NCBI GenBank assembly: GCA_032718475.1
Contig: JAUCBJ010004851.1
Location: 1-64,000, forward strand
Direction of reading: 5' to 3'
Source: Nemertoderma westbladi
Taxonomy: Eukaryota > Animalia > Xenacoelomorpha
Length of the DNA stretch: 64,000 nt
A program made the translations under genes and the position numbers. Within the stretch, counting starts at the first letter, position 1. Each line of letters starts with the position of its first letter. Positions 43,365 to 55,216 of this stretch are shown here, piece by piece. The notes under the pieces are model-generated. The model ran no database searches, was not told the DNA's origin, and worked only from the letters and a program-made list of their open reading frames with translations.

Positions 43365-46334
43365 GAATGGTAGTCGACGCATCGGCAAAGACCGACGGAA
43401 AGTGCTTAAACGACTACCTGTTAGAAGGCCCAAACATATACAATTCGGGCATAGAGGTGTTACTTAGATTTCGAAATGGGAAACACGCCTTCACGTGTGA
43501 CATAGAAGGCATGTTCAACCAAGTCCGTGTAACAGAGGAAGATTAACGACAGTCAACGCTTTTTATGGTATAATGGCGAGGAAGAACCGCCGATAATACC
43601 AGCATATAAGATGGTAGTACAGAACATGGGGGCCAAGTCGTCCTCATTCACGACGACTATGGCAGTGAGAGACACAGTAAAGGGGAAGGAAGATAGATAC
43701 AGCAGTAGGGCCGTCGATATGATTCGAGGCAAGAATCGACCATGGATAACCCCACAACAGCCAAAGGGCAGGACATGGCGAATAAGAGAACACAATCCCA
43801 GCAGAAGGCATTGGGAATCGTGTGGGATAGAGAGACAGACGAACTGAAGTATCAGCTGAGCCAGGAGGGAGCAGACACCCATACGAAGAGGGGCTATGTA
43901 TCGTATATAGCAAGGATATACGATCCCCTAGGCCTAGCATCCCCATTACTAGTCACGGGGAAACAGATACTCAAGAGAGTATATAAATTGAAGGATGAGT
44001 GGGACGTAGAGGTACCAGAGGACATCAAGAAACAGTGGAGCAAATGGACAGGAGACTTGGAGAAGATGGGAACATACAACATGCCACGAGTGTATTTCCC
44101 GGATGGGAACATGACGAATCTGGACCTACACATGTTCTCCGATGCGTCGTTGGAGGCGTACGGGGCGGCACTCTACTTAGTACAACGAGAGGGGGCTCAC
44201 AGGCCCAGACTCGCCTTCAGCAAAGCAAAGTCGACGCCGCCAGATTCAGCATCTGTTCCCAAGTTAGAATTGACAGCTGCGAGACTAGGAGTTAGAGCCA
44301 CAGCCTACCTAGTGGATACTATTCCCAACATAGTGGAGACGCACTACTGGACGGACTCCATGGTAGTGCTTGGTTGGCTACATAACGAAAGGACGAGATA
44401 CCCGATATTCGTCGCGAATAGAGTGGACGAAATAAGGGCGACCACAGAACTGGAAAGGTGGCACTACTGCCCAACAGACGAGAACCCAGCGGACTTGCTG
44501 TCAAGGGGCGTAGAACGCCGCACTTTCTTGAAGAAGGAAGTATTGTGGCAACATGGGCCACAATTTCTGAGCGATAAGGAGGCCTGGCCGCCGATGAGAA
44601 AGGTGGAGCCGGGCTCAGAAGTAGTGTCAGGGGGAGAAGAAGGAGATTCAGAGGGAGAAGAAATATACTCCCAGATGGTGAGGGAGATTAGGGACGTGCA
44701 ACCAGGACGAGAACTGTGCGATAACCCGACGGATAAACTCCTCAGCTACAGTTCTAGTTGGTATAAGACCAAGAAACTAGTGGCGTACTGGAGAGCTTTC
44801 GGGAATTTCCTCGCGGGAGTTGGCAAGGACAAGAAGATCAGGGCAACCATAGATCTGGAAGGAGCGGCCAAGGCAGTGATCCGCTATGAACAACGGAAGA
44901 ACTACGGCGACGAGGTGGAACGCGTCGGTAACCAACAGCACCTCCGACGGGACAGCGAGCTGATTACGTTGTCGCCACAACTCAATGACGATGGGATTCT
45001 AGTAATGAATTCTAGAGTGGGATATAACAACAGCATAGTCGTGCCACCGAAACCCATCATCATTCCCACAGGATCGCCAATAGTCCACCAGATTATCTGG
45101 GACTCCCACAAATCGATATTGCATGGGGGCACCAACCGAACCCTCACAGAGATAAGGAGGACCTATTGGGTCAAACAACTAAGGAAGAAGGTGAAAGCGG
45201 TAGTGGGGCAGTGCCAGACCTGCCGACGAGCGAAGAAGGAGCGAGCCATACAAGAGATGGCGCCGCTACCAGCTAGTAGAGTAAGACAACACGACCCGCC
45301 ATTTACGCATTGCGGTGTGGACATGTTCGGGCCGATAAAGATCAAAGTGATGCGACACACGGAGAAACGCTACGGCATTATCTTCGTATGCAACACAACA
45401 CGGGCGGTAGGGATAGAACTCGCCCAAGATGCAACCGCATCAGCATTCATTAATGCCCTAGAAAGGTTTAGAGACCGCAAAGGTGGGACGATCGCAGTGA
45501 TATACAGCGACAACGGCACCAACTTTGTGGGCGCAGAGAGTGAGATGGCAGAGGCCTTGGACATCTTGGAAGGGGAGGAAGTCAGGGCGGCCATGAGAAG
45601 ACGACAAGTAAAGTGGGAGAGAAGGACGCCGTATGCACCACATACACTAGGATGCGTCGAGAGACTGGTGGGCAGTTCAAAGCGTCTAATGACGAAGTTA
45701 ATGAACACCCACATGGTCACTGAAGACGTCTTACGGACAGTACTTGCGAAGTGCGAGGGGATCATTAATAGCAGACCGCTATATCTGGAGAATGATGACC
45801 CTGAGTCATTAGACGTGCTGACGCCTAGCCATTTTCTGATGGAAAGGCCAGCGACCATCGATATGCGGGGTGTAGACCCAGATGACATACACTCCCGCCA
45901 GAGTTGGAAAGTCGCTAAAGCAATAAGCGCAGAGTATTGGAGGAGGTGGGTAGAAGAATACCTACCCACGCTCCATAAGCGAAGCAAGTGGAGGAAGCCG
46001 AACAGGGAGTTAAGAGTAGGAGATCTTGTAATCGTTATGGATGATACTATCATCAACAACCAGTGGCGGTTGGCGAGAGTTGTAGGCACTTACTCTGATG
46101 AGGACGGAAGAGTCCGATCGGTAGAAGTGCGGATAGGTGGCAAGATAGGCGCGAAGGACAGAAAAACCTACAGGAGAGCGGTAGGGAAATGCTGTCTTCT
46201 AGAAGGGGCACCTTAGAAGTGGAGTTAGTGCGTAGTTTAGTCGTCCAAGTTTTGGACTGAGGGGGGTGGGATTGAGGGCGAGACGCCCTTCCCACATATA
46301 AAATTTGAAAAATAAAATAAAATAAAATAATAGT

Positions 46335-46830
46335 ACATAGTAGGTACGCAGTTAGTAGGCAGAAGGTACGTAGTACCTAGTTAGTTAGTAGGTACGTAGT
46401 ACCTAGAGTTAGTTAGTTAGTTAGTAGGTACGTAGTACCTAGAGTTAGTTAGTTAGTTAGTAGGTACGTAGTACCTAGAGTAAGTTAGTTAGTTAGTAGG
46501 TACGTAGTACCTAGAGTTAGTTAGTTAGTAGGTACGTAGTACCTAGAGTTAGTTAGTTAGTTAGTAGGTACGTAGTACCTAGAGTTAGTTAGAGAGTTAG
46601 TAGGTACGTAGTACCTAGTTAGAGAGTTAGTAGGTACGTAGTACCTAGTTAGAGAGTTAGTAGGTACGTAGTACCTAGTTAGAGAGTTAGTAGGTACGTA
46701 GTACCTAGTTAGAGAAGTTAGTCAAGAGGTACGTATTACCTAGTTAGTTAGTTAGTTAAAGAAGAGTTAGAGGGTACGTAGTACCGTTAGTCAGAGTTAG
46801 AGTTAGAGGGTACGTAGTAACATTAGTTAG
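46335..46830 (+). repeat. Tandem array of the palindromic unit TAGGTACGTAGTACCTA separated by (GTTA)n spacers, in the element B 3' region
   Basis: About a dozen copies are visible directly. Confidence 0.9.
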
Positions 46831-47273
46831 AGAGAGAGAGAGTAAGAGGTAGAAGGGTATATAAGATATAGATATTAGTTAGCAGTAAGTAGCGTTAGTA
46901 GCGAGAGGGGGGCATATGAGTACAGTTGGATAGATCGTGTAGGCCGCGCGACATATACTGCTGTACTGCACAGGCCCACAGAGTAGGCCAGAATGTGGAT
47001 TAGGAGATAGAATAATCCATAGGCAGTAGCAAGTAATAGGAAACAGTAAGGTAGTAGGATTGAAATTAAAATAGATAGATAGATTAGAATAAGAATAGGG
47101 CTAAGAAAGTGAACAAATTATGGTAACAGTAGTGAGAATAGGCAATAACTAACTCAGAAATTCAGAAAGAGATAGGCCATCGAACTGAACTTAAACCATC
47201 TAAACCCATCACTCATCACGTTTGCGCCTTGGCAAGGCACCACCTACGGGTGAGCGATCGGGCAGAGTTCGAG

Positions 47274-47802
47274 ATGGCAGGCAAACTTACGAGAGAGGAG
47301 AGAAGCAGAGGAGAGGAAGGAGGAAGCTAGGGCGCAGAGCTACGGCTTCGAGGAACAAGCGGCCTTAGACGAACTTCGTTGGGCTTCGTCAGGGAGTTCG
47401 GGGGAGTCTCTAGGGAAAGAACTGGGGTGAATGGTGGGATCACCGAAACAGTCGACGTCAGGATTGCAAACGATGCCCGAGAGGGGCGGAGAGATCGATG
47501 TAGATAGAGACAGCAACGTGGAGAAGTTCACCACCAGCGACTCCATAGACCGCGGAGATCGCTTGGGACGAAAGACGAGGTGGGACGGGAGACATTGGTA
47601 CTCGGCTGCGACTACTGTGGGAGACAGACCCACCAGGAAAGGAGCTGCTTGTATCGGTTCCAGAAGGGAACCTTTTGTCTCTACTGCCGAGAACCGAGCC
47701 ACAGGATGGGAGCGTGTCCACGGTTGCAGAACCGATGTCCGAAGTGCAACTTTCGGGGACACCACGGACGCCAAGGAGGGATGGGCTGAGGCTTTGACGT
47801 AG
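47274..47802 (+). pseudogene. Decayed accessory ORF of element B with three CCHC zinc knuckles
   Basis: CDYCGRQTHQERSC, CLYCREPSHRMGAC, CPKCNFRGH(H) at 47580-47789; upstream GC-rich coding-like sequence broken by frameshifts. Confidence 0.6.
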
Positions 47803-48468
47803 TGCGCCTGGAAGGCGCCACGCGAGACGTGCGAACTATGTACAAATTTAATTAATGTAAATAATCATATAAGTACAGTTTGTATGTAGGTACGTAGTAA
47901 TCAGTAATCTAGAAATATTTACGTTCGGAGTAAGTACTATAGTCATACAACCTTTCTCAATTAGCTACTGGGACTGGGGGGTAAACTGACTATGGCACTA
48001 TGGACGAGACACCAGACGATTTCACACTTCTTGAATGCGACGGCATGGGAGGGGGGTGAGATTCGTCAGAAGGGATGAGGTAGTCAAAGTGGGGTTGAGG
48101 AACGGAGTAAGAGTGCGAAGTGCGGAGAGAGTGCGAACGCAATTCTAGTGTGGGGGGGGAGAATAAGAGGCTGAGTGGGGGACGAGGAGGTCCGAGGGTA
48201 TGAGAGAGTTAGGGTGAGAGTGGAGAGGAGATAGGGCGAAAGTGTTGGGGAAACAAAAGTCGCGTGAGAGGTGAGCGCGATCGGCCCGACATGAGACGCT
48301 AGGCACACAGGGTAGCTTTATCATACCCATAGGGAGCGGCCTGGAAAGCCGGCTCCGAGAGAAAAGGATTCCACCCCACACCCGATACTAGATCGGGATC
48401 CAGCGGGATTGTAGCGCACTTTTTTGGTTGATGCTATCTTCTTACCGGGAAGATAGCATGGGGGGGAG

Positions 48469-48998
48469 TGTTAGCTTATTCAATCCCGCTAACATCCCAT
48501 AAAGTTATAAGCCGATAAGCAATATTGGGAGCCGCGAGATTGGGTAATAACCAACTCGTGCCATCCCAATGAGAGTGGGAAGGAGAACCACACAATAAGG
48601 GTCAGGGGCCAAACCCCTAACCCAGAGAGAACAGATGGAGTGAACGGGAACACTCCACGGGGTGCCAACAAGGGTATCAACCAATCAGAGGGGGGCAAGG
48701 CATCGATTAGGTAGTAATTAGGCCAACCGTGCAATATAACCAGTAACCCAATATCAGTAATTCAGTTATCTCAGTGCAGTAGTGCTAGCATAGGTTAATT
48801 AGTTTAGATAGGGGAGCACGGGACTTTTAGTTACCGTATCCCGCCTTCCATATACTATACAATATATCTATATCTTATACCTTTATTATTATACACCGAA
48901 CTTCAGAACTCATTTTACTTTCATTCACTCTTTATACACGGCGGGGACGCGTGAACTAAATACCGGATAAATCGGGATCCCTCCTGGATCCCGTCACA
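48469..48998 (+). repeat. 3' LTR of element B
   Basis: Direct repeat of 34514-35043, followed by TSD GCTCA. Confidence 0.95.
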
Positions 48999-50162
48999 GC
49001 TCAGATACTTGCACTACGGAGACGGATTGCAGGAATTAAGTCGAAGAATCTCCCCGCAGTCATGACTTTTGTGGACTTCAAGAAGGCATTCGACTCCATC
49101 CATAGAGGAAAATGCTTGAAATCCTAAGAGCTTATGGAATACCAGAAGTAATTATTGCTGGCATTGGATTGTTATATTGTGACACAAAAGCGCAGGTACT
49201 CTCACCAGATGATTAAACTGAGTTTTTCTCAATCCTGGCTGGGGTACTGCAAGGTGACACATTAGCACCATTACTATTTGTAATTGTGCTGGATTACGTA
49301 ATGAGGACAGCCACAAAGGGTGAAGACCTTGGATTCACACTTCAAGAACGCAGAAGTAGTAGATATCCGGAAACTACAGTCACAGACACCGACTTTGCGG
49401 ATGACATCGCCCTGCTCTCTTATACCCTAGCAGATGCACAGCTTCTACTAAATAAAGTGAAGAGGGCTGCTAAGGAGGTTGGATTGCATATAAATGCTAC
49501 CAAGACCGAATTCATGACCTTTAATGGTGATGGAAATTTGACAACCATTGACAATAATCAACTAAGGAAGGTTGACGACTTCCAGTACCTTGGATAATGG
49601 ATAGAGAGTAGCAAAAAGGACATAGAAGTTAGGAAAGCAAAGGCTTGGGTAGCTCTATCAAAAATGAATACCATCTGGAAATCAGATCTCTCCAGGCACC
49701 TGACGACTAACTTCTTTCGAGCCATAGTGGAAAGTGTATTTTTATACGGGGGTGAGACCTGGACACTGACTAAATCACTTGCACAATGAATTGATGGTTG
49801 CTACACAAGACCACTAAGGGCAGCCCTAAACATCAGCTGGAGACAACACATGACAAATGCCGAGCTTTATGGTACAATACCACCTGTATCAACCACCCTC
49901 CGTGAACGCAGATTAAGATTCAGTGGGCACTGCTGGCGAAGTAAAGACGAGGTCATACCAGATCTACTTTTCTGGCAACCAACTCATGGAAAGCGTAGTC
50001 GTGGACGACCGGCCATAACATATATAGATCAACTTGAAAGGGATATTGAACTTGGGAGAAAAGAAATTGCGACAACTATGGAGAATCGGGAAGCCTGGAA
50101 GGATCTCATTTCCACTGTCCAAGTTCGCTCGACCTAGTAGTAGTACATAGTAACTCATCATA

Positions 50163-53100
50163 CCAATTGTTGTTGTGCAAACGAGCTTTTAATGAAGTTT
50201 TGAGTTGTCGATGATACCGCTCGACGATACCATTTGACTGGGGGTGGTAGGCCGTAGTTCTATTTCTTGTTGTTCCTAGGAGTTTATTGAGATTAAACCA
50301 AAGATCTGATTCGAACTGACACCCTCGATCTGATGCTATTGTATTTGGTACTCCGAATCGAGAGATCCACTGAGACAGCAAAGCCCTGGTGCAAGTTTCA
50401 GTTAAAGAGTTTTCCATTGGAACAGCTTCAGCTCATCTGGTGTATCTGTCTATACAGGTAAATAAATATGTGTATCCTTGTGAACATGGCAATGGACCCA
50501 CTATGTTGACATGAATATCAGAAAATCGTTGATCTGGAGCGTCGAAGTGATACATTCCTGAAAGAAGACTGAGAAGCTTGAATTTCGGGATCGATTTCTT
50601 GAGCCTCGCCAATAGAGTATAATCGACATTTGATGATATTGGTATTGTATTGGTTGATAATGGAGCTCGGGATAATGAGTCTGCGACTAAATTGTCTTTC
50701 CCTGAAATGTGGGATATCTTGCAAGTAAATTCTGATATGAAGGACAATTGGCGTGATTGTCGAGGTAGTAATGTATCACGGCCTGACTTTAATGCAAATG
50801 TTATGGGTTTATGGTCCGTATAAATGTTAAACCTTCGCCCTTCGACAAAGTACCTAAAGTGTTTAATGCTGAGCACTATTGCAATTAAGTAATTCCTTGT
50901 CATACGCACTGTAAGGCATTTCGGCAGAATGTAATTTCTTTGAAAAGAATGCGACCGGGCGCCATTCTTTATCTAATTGTTCCAGTACAGCCTCAACACC
51001 AATGTCAGAGGCATCGGTCGTAATTGCAGTATCAGCATTAGCTTGTGGGTGGTAGGGCATGGCTGCATTTGCTAAAAAGCTGTTTTCACAACCGTAAATG
51101 TTTTGTTGTATGATGGGTTCCAGGTGAAATTTTTGGAATTTTGCTTTAAAGCTATATACAAGTGATTTAACACTTCAGATGCATTGGGGATAAAACTGTG
51201 GTAATAATTTACCATGCCTAAAAACTTCTCTAATTCCTTCGTTGTTGCGGGTATTGGGTAGTCTTGCACTGCTTGAACACGCTCTGCTAAAGGTGTTATT
51301 CCATTTTTACTAATATTATGGCCTAGGAATGTTAAATGTGACTTACCCAAGTCACATCTATCCTTGTTGATGACCAATCCATACTCTGCTACTGTAGTCT
51401 CTAAAATCGAATTCGAAGGTGCTGCTTATGTTCTAGACGGTTGCAACTAGCTACAAGTATATCATCCATATAAACGAATATGAAATCTAAATCCCCACAA
51501 ACTCTACGCATAAATCGTTGAAATGTTTGACCTGCATTGCGGAGGCCATATGGAGTGCGGGTGAATTCAAATAACCCAAATGGGGTTGATATGGCAGTTT
51601 TTGGTATGTCTTCTTGCGCAACAGGTATTTGTCGATAAGCACGGACTAGGTGAATTTTACTGAATATTGTTTTACCTGCTAGGTTCGCCGTGAAGTCTTG
51701 TATATGCGGACTTGGATATCTATCGGGTACTGTGGCATCATTTAAACGTCTATAGTCCCCGCATGGGCGCCATTCACCAGGTTTTTGTTTGGGGGTCATG
51801 TGCAACGGTGATGACCATTGACTAGATGAAGGGCGTATAATGCCTAGATTTCACATCTGTTGGAATTCTTCCTTGGCGACTGAAAGTTTCTCTGGTGATA
51901 GGTGTCTTGGTTTGCTGTGAATGGGTGCTCCTACAGTCTCTATGTGGTGTTCAACGTCATGTCTTAGCTTTGATTCACGAAATGTCATTTCTGTTAATGA
52001 AGGGAATTCTAGGAGTAATTCATTGCATTCATTAGAATCGCAGATGAAGCTTAACCCATATGCCTTTATCGAATGCGATATTTTACCGGGAATGTGGGTG
52101 TAAGTCTTTGCATCTACTGTATGAGGCTAGAATGTCTCAAATCGATGAGCAGTCCGAAATTACTAAAAAAATCTGCGCCCAATATTGGTTGTGACACATT
52201 GGCGATAACAAATTTCCAAGTTAATTGTTGCGGTAACCCTAAATTGAGTGTTAGGGTTTTGTTGCCATATGTATCAATGGTTCTTCCATTAGCAGCAACA
52301 AGTTGTGATGTAGAGGTATCCTCTTTGGTGAGTAGTTTATCGGCATATTTTGCAGGTAGGACACTAATGGCCAAACCAGAGTCTACAAGAAACCGGTATC
52401 CTGATCGCTTATCTAACACGTAGAACAAGCAGCTGCATCGGCCAGCAGACGTTGCCGCATTTATTTGCTGCTGGCCCTCGCATTTCCCTGTGTATTCGGG
52501 AGTGCCGCAGCGCATGGAGGTGTGCAGTTTTTGGCGATTTTCCCAAATCGCTGATGATACCAACAATATTCTGGTTGACGCGCATTATTATTGGTCCTTG
52601 TGAACATCCTTGGTTTCTGTCCAGGTGGCCCTGTCCATGAAGTTGGTCTACTAAACGTGGTGTTTAAATTTGTGGTCACTTGTTCGTTTCTGCCAACGTC
52701 GTAGTCGGTTGAGGAGACTGAATCTTTATGGGGGTTTGACACAGTGCACCCATCAATAATATCGTAGCTATTAAGGCAAGTTCACCAAGGGGCATTTTCG
52801 AGGCCAATAATACTAATCCCATATCTTTCGGTAGTCGATTGAGAAAGAGCTCAAGTAATAGTTCATCAGAGGTTGTGTCGCCTAGTTGCTTTTCCATATC
52901 ACGTAGCATCTGCGACGGTTTTCTGTCACCAAGGTGCTCTGCTGAAAGCAGTTTTTGAAGCTCTTGGTGGCGTGTTGGGGCGAACCTTTCAATTAATGCG
53001 GTTTTCAAACCTTCATATGGATTCGGTTTCGGTGGATTTTTAATAACATCTCTGATGTACCGCGCTACATCGGGAGGTAATGCAGCGACAATGTGGTCAA

Positions 53101-53245
53101 ATCGCGTTTGTTGGACTGTGATTCGTCTTGCTCGAAATTGTGCCTCCACTTGAAGGAACCAAAGTTCAGGATCGTCACTCCAAAAGGGTGGAATTTTAAT
53201 ACTTACGGCGTTAACTGTTGGTGTTGGAGCTTCATTGTCGGACAT
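50163..53245 (-). pseudogene. gag-pol: Gypsy gag-pol (gag, PR, RT, RNase H, IN), multiply frameshifted
   Basis: KIPPFWSDDPELWFLQVEAQF; CWYHQRFG...C...C; FLVDSG; [11 protein letters not shown]; YMDDILVAS; TDASDIG; YTDHKP; SDRGCQFES; TTAYHPQSNGIVER. Confidence 0.92.
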
Positions 53246-53318
53246 GTTGCTAAGTTCTTGTGTAATATATTACTTGCGTCGGTTTCGTTGTGTTCCGTAG
53301 TCGTCCGGGTCACCAATT

Positions 53319-53566
53319 TGTAGCGGTATCAACAGCAGGAATATATGTAGCTTAATAAAAGTGCAATTAACGCAATTAATCGAAAAGATTTATTTAGTCG
53401 TATATTTAATAAATGTTATTTAATGTATATAAAATCTCTTGCCAAAGATGATATACAGTACGCACAAAATACCAATGGAATAGTGCAACCAGCTTATACT
53501 CATATTGCACGCACGTACATTGAGCTAAGGAAGTTTGAATGTCGTTCATGCAATATTAATGCCACA
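53319..53566 (-). repeat. 5' LTR of the Gypsy element, followed by a tRNA(Trp)-like PBS (53315-53302)
   Basis: TGTGG...CTACA on the minus strand, then AAT and TGGTGACCCGGACG. Confidence 0.85.
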
Positions 53567-55216
53567 GGAACAACATTACGCTGCACAGTCGCCAAAACTT
53601 CCTCCAACTGCGTCCATATCGGTTGAGCTGTTGGTTATGAGGGAGGCAGTGGGTGAGGGTAAAATGCTGCCTCGACTGGTTCATCGCATTTGCATGAATG
53701 TCCCCACACAAAAGTTCTCTGCGAGACAATTCAACTGATCCAAGGTAGCTGTTGTTACAAAAAATAAATATAATAAATAGGCCTAAGTCCCGTTCTCTGA
53801 CTGTCGTTTAATAAAAACGTACATATCAACTTTCTGGCTGAAGGAGAATGACTTCAGTTTATTTTCTATATTGATATTCCCATCGAGTTCATTAAAACTT
53901 GGAATAACATCACGTTCGTATAGTGTGTCTAACTGTCTCTGTTCAACTGGTAAGGTTTTACGTGGAGTTGGAGGAGGAGATGGAACACAAGAAGAAGGAA
54001 CGCCTGGAAAGTGAAAGGGCGGAACCGTTGGCCTGAGTGAACCGCCAGGCTGCCATTAACCTTCTTATGTGGAATTGACTCGGGTAATCACGGCCCAGCG
54101 GCCAGTGGTCGATACATAAAACTGCAGAGTCGCCGTATTTAAATGGCGAACCGTCGCTCTCACCGCGTCGTGGTAGAGCATCACAATCCATTGCTCTCTT
54201 TCACGTTTCACGTGAGGCAAGCGGAGGGAGCTTCCCAGTGAAAAGTGCGCAAGCGTTTCGCTAAGCATGCAACGCAGGCGTATCTGATGTGATTCCCAAG
54301 AGTTATAGCCCGACCTTTACCACAAGCGATCTACTTGAGTTATGTCACATAAATATCGCAACAACTTGCGTTAAGTGAAATAAAAATCACAACAACTTGC
54401 ATCCAGTCGCATAAAACTCACATGCGATTCACTTACGACTTTCAAGTGTCATGACGCATAAATATCGCAAAAATCTACTGGTTGTGATTTTTGTGTAATA
54501 TATTGAGACCTTTTGTGACAGAAAATATGATACAGTAGTTGAATTTTCCACTACTGTTTGATACTATGGGCTTCCATATCATCTGCCTACTGTACTTACC
54601 TTACATTACATTACACTCTCTAGACATAGAACATTAGACATGCTGTATGAATCAATAGTAGAAATGGTTGGTTATATAAAGGATAATAGAAATAGATTAG
54701 AATAACCATGATACACTTTTAACTATTCCCTATAATTTTAAATTCTATAAAATATATTAATATAATCTCTGTATTCGACAGCCATATTAGATAATTCATA
54801 TTCATCAATTTTTTATTTTAAAACTATTTTATTTCTTGATAGGCAACTTTATTTTAATTAATAATCTTTAGTGGAATTAAATTCATGCGATTCGCATTGG
54901 GAATTAACGCATGATAATCTCATGGTGTAAAACATGCATAAAATAAGCGTTAAATGAGGTGTGATTCCCATGCGATTTACATGCACGGAATCATATGCGT
55001 AAAATAAGTTGTGAATCGCATGCGTGGAATCGCTTCCCTATTTTACATGCGAATCACAAGAGTTTTATCGCTATTTATTGAGCCGCAATAAAAACGCATG
55101 ACGCTTTAAAATCACTTGTAATACGCATGCGCATTTTTCACTGGGGTAGGTACGATACGAGTCGGGTTACCAACATAATTCCCATTGTGGCCATATACAC
55201 AACAGTGCTTACTCAT
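53567..55216 (-). pseudogene. N-terminal part (THAP domain) of the P-element-like transposase, split by a MITE
   Basis: MSKHCCVYGHNGNY (ATG at 55216), LRLPHVKREREQW, VLCIDHWP, LPSP, EEVLATVQRNVV. Same strand and collinear with the 29200-31176 remnants. Confidence 0.65.
54234..55145. mobile_element. MITE with CCCAG...CTGGG termini
   Basis: TIR CCCAGTGAAAA(G/A)TGCGCA at both ends; TSD not resolved. Confidence 0.7.

Larger units (their letters stand above)
40239..46216 (+). pseudogene. pol: Element B pol (RT, RNase H, integrase), interrupted at 40652-43364 and frameshifted
   Basis: YYLPLH...KLR|MVVDASAK...CLNDYLLEGP, CDIEGMFNQV; KALGIVWD; FSDASLEAYGA; WTDS; NPADLLSRG; H...HGG...CQTC; GVDMFGP; YSDNGTNFVGA; WRRWVEEYLPTL. 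Confidence 0.9.
34514..48998 (+). mobile_element. Element B: BEL/Pao LTR retrotransposon, defective gag-pol
   Basis: 530-bp LTRs TG...CA (34514-35043, 48469-48998), TSD GCTCA, PPT GGGGGGGAG, domain order gag-PR-RT-RH-IN. Confidence 0.95.
33688..50149 (+). mobile_element. 5'-truncated RTE LINE (same family as 18382-21915), split by element B
   Basis: 33688-34513 and 48999-50149 are near-identical to the first RTE copy in the opposite orientation; (TAG)n tail; 13-bp TSD GTAACTCATCATA (33675-33687 / 50150-50162). Confidence 0.9.
31177..53566 (-). mobile_element. Degenerate Ty3/Gypsy LTR retrotransposon, split by several nested insertions
   Basis: LTRs at 53319-53566 and 31177-32631 (TG...CA); tRNA-type PBS TGGTGACCCGGACG; gag-PR-RT-RH-IN order; purine tract GGCGGAGGG before the 3' LTR. 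Confidence 0.88.

Noticed and set aside
35226-46295. Numerous antisense and overlapping ORFs in element B
   Set aside because: Expected shadows of GC-rich, repetitive coding sequence, with no domain signatures.
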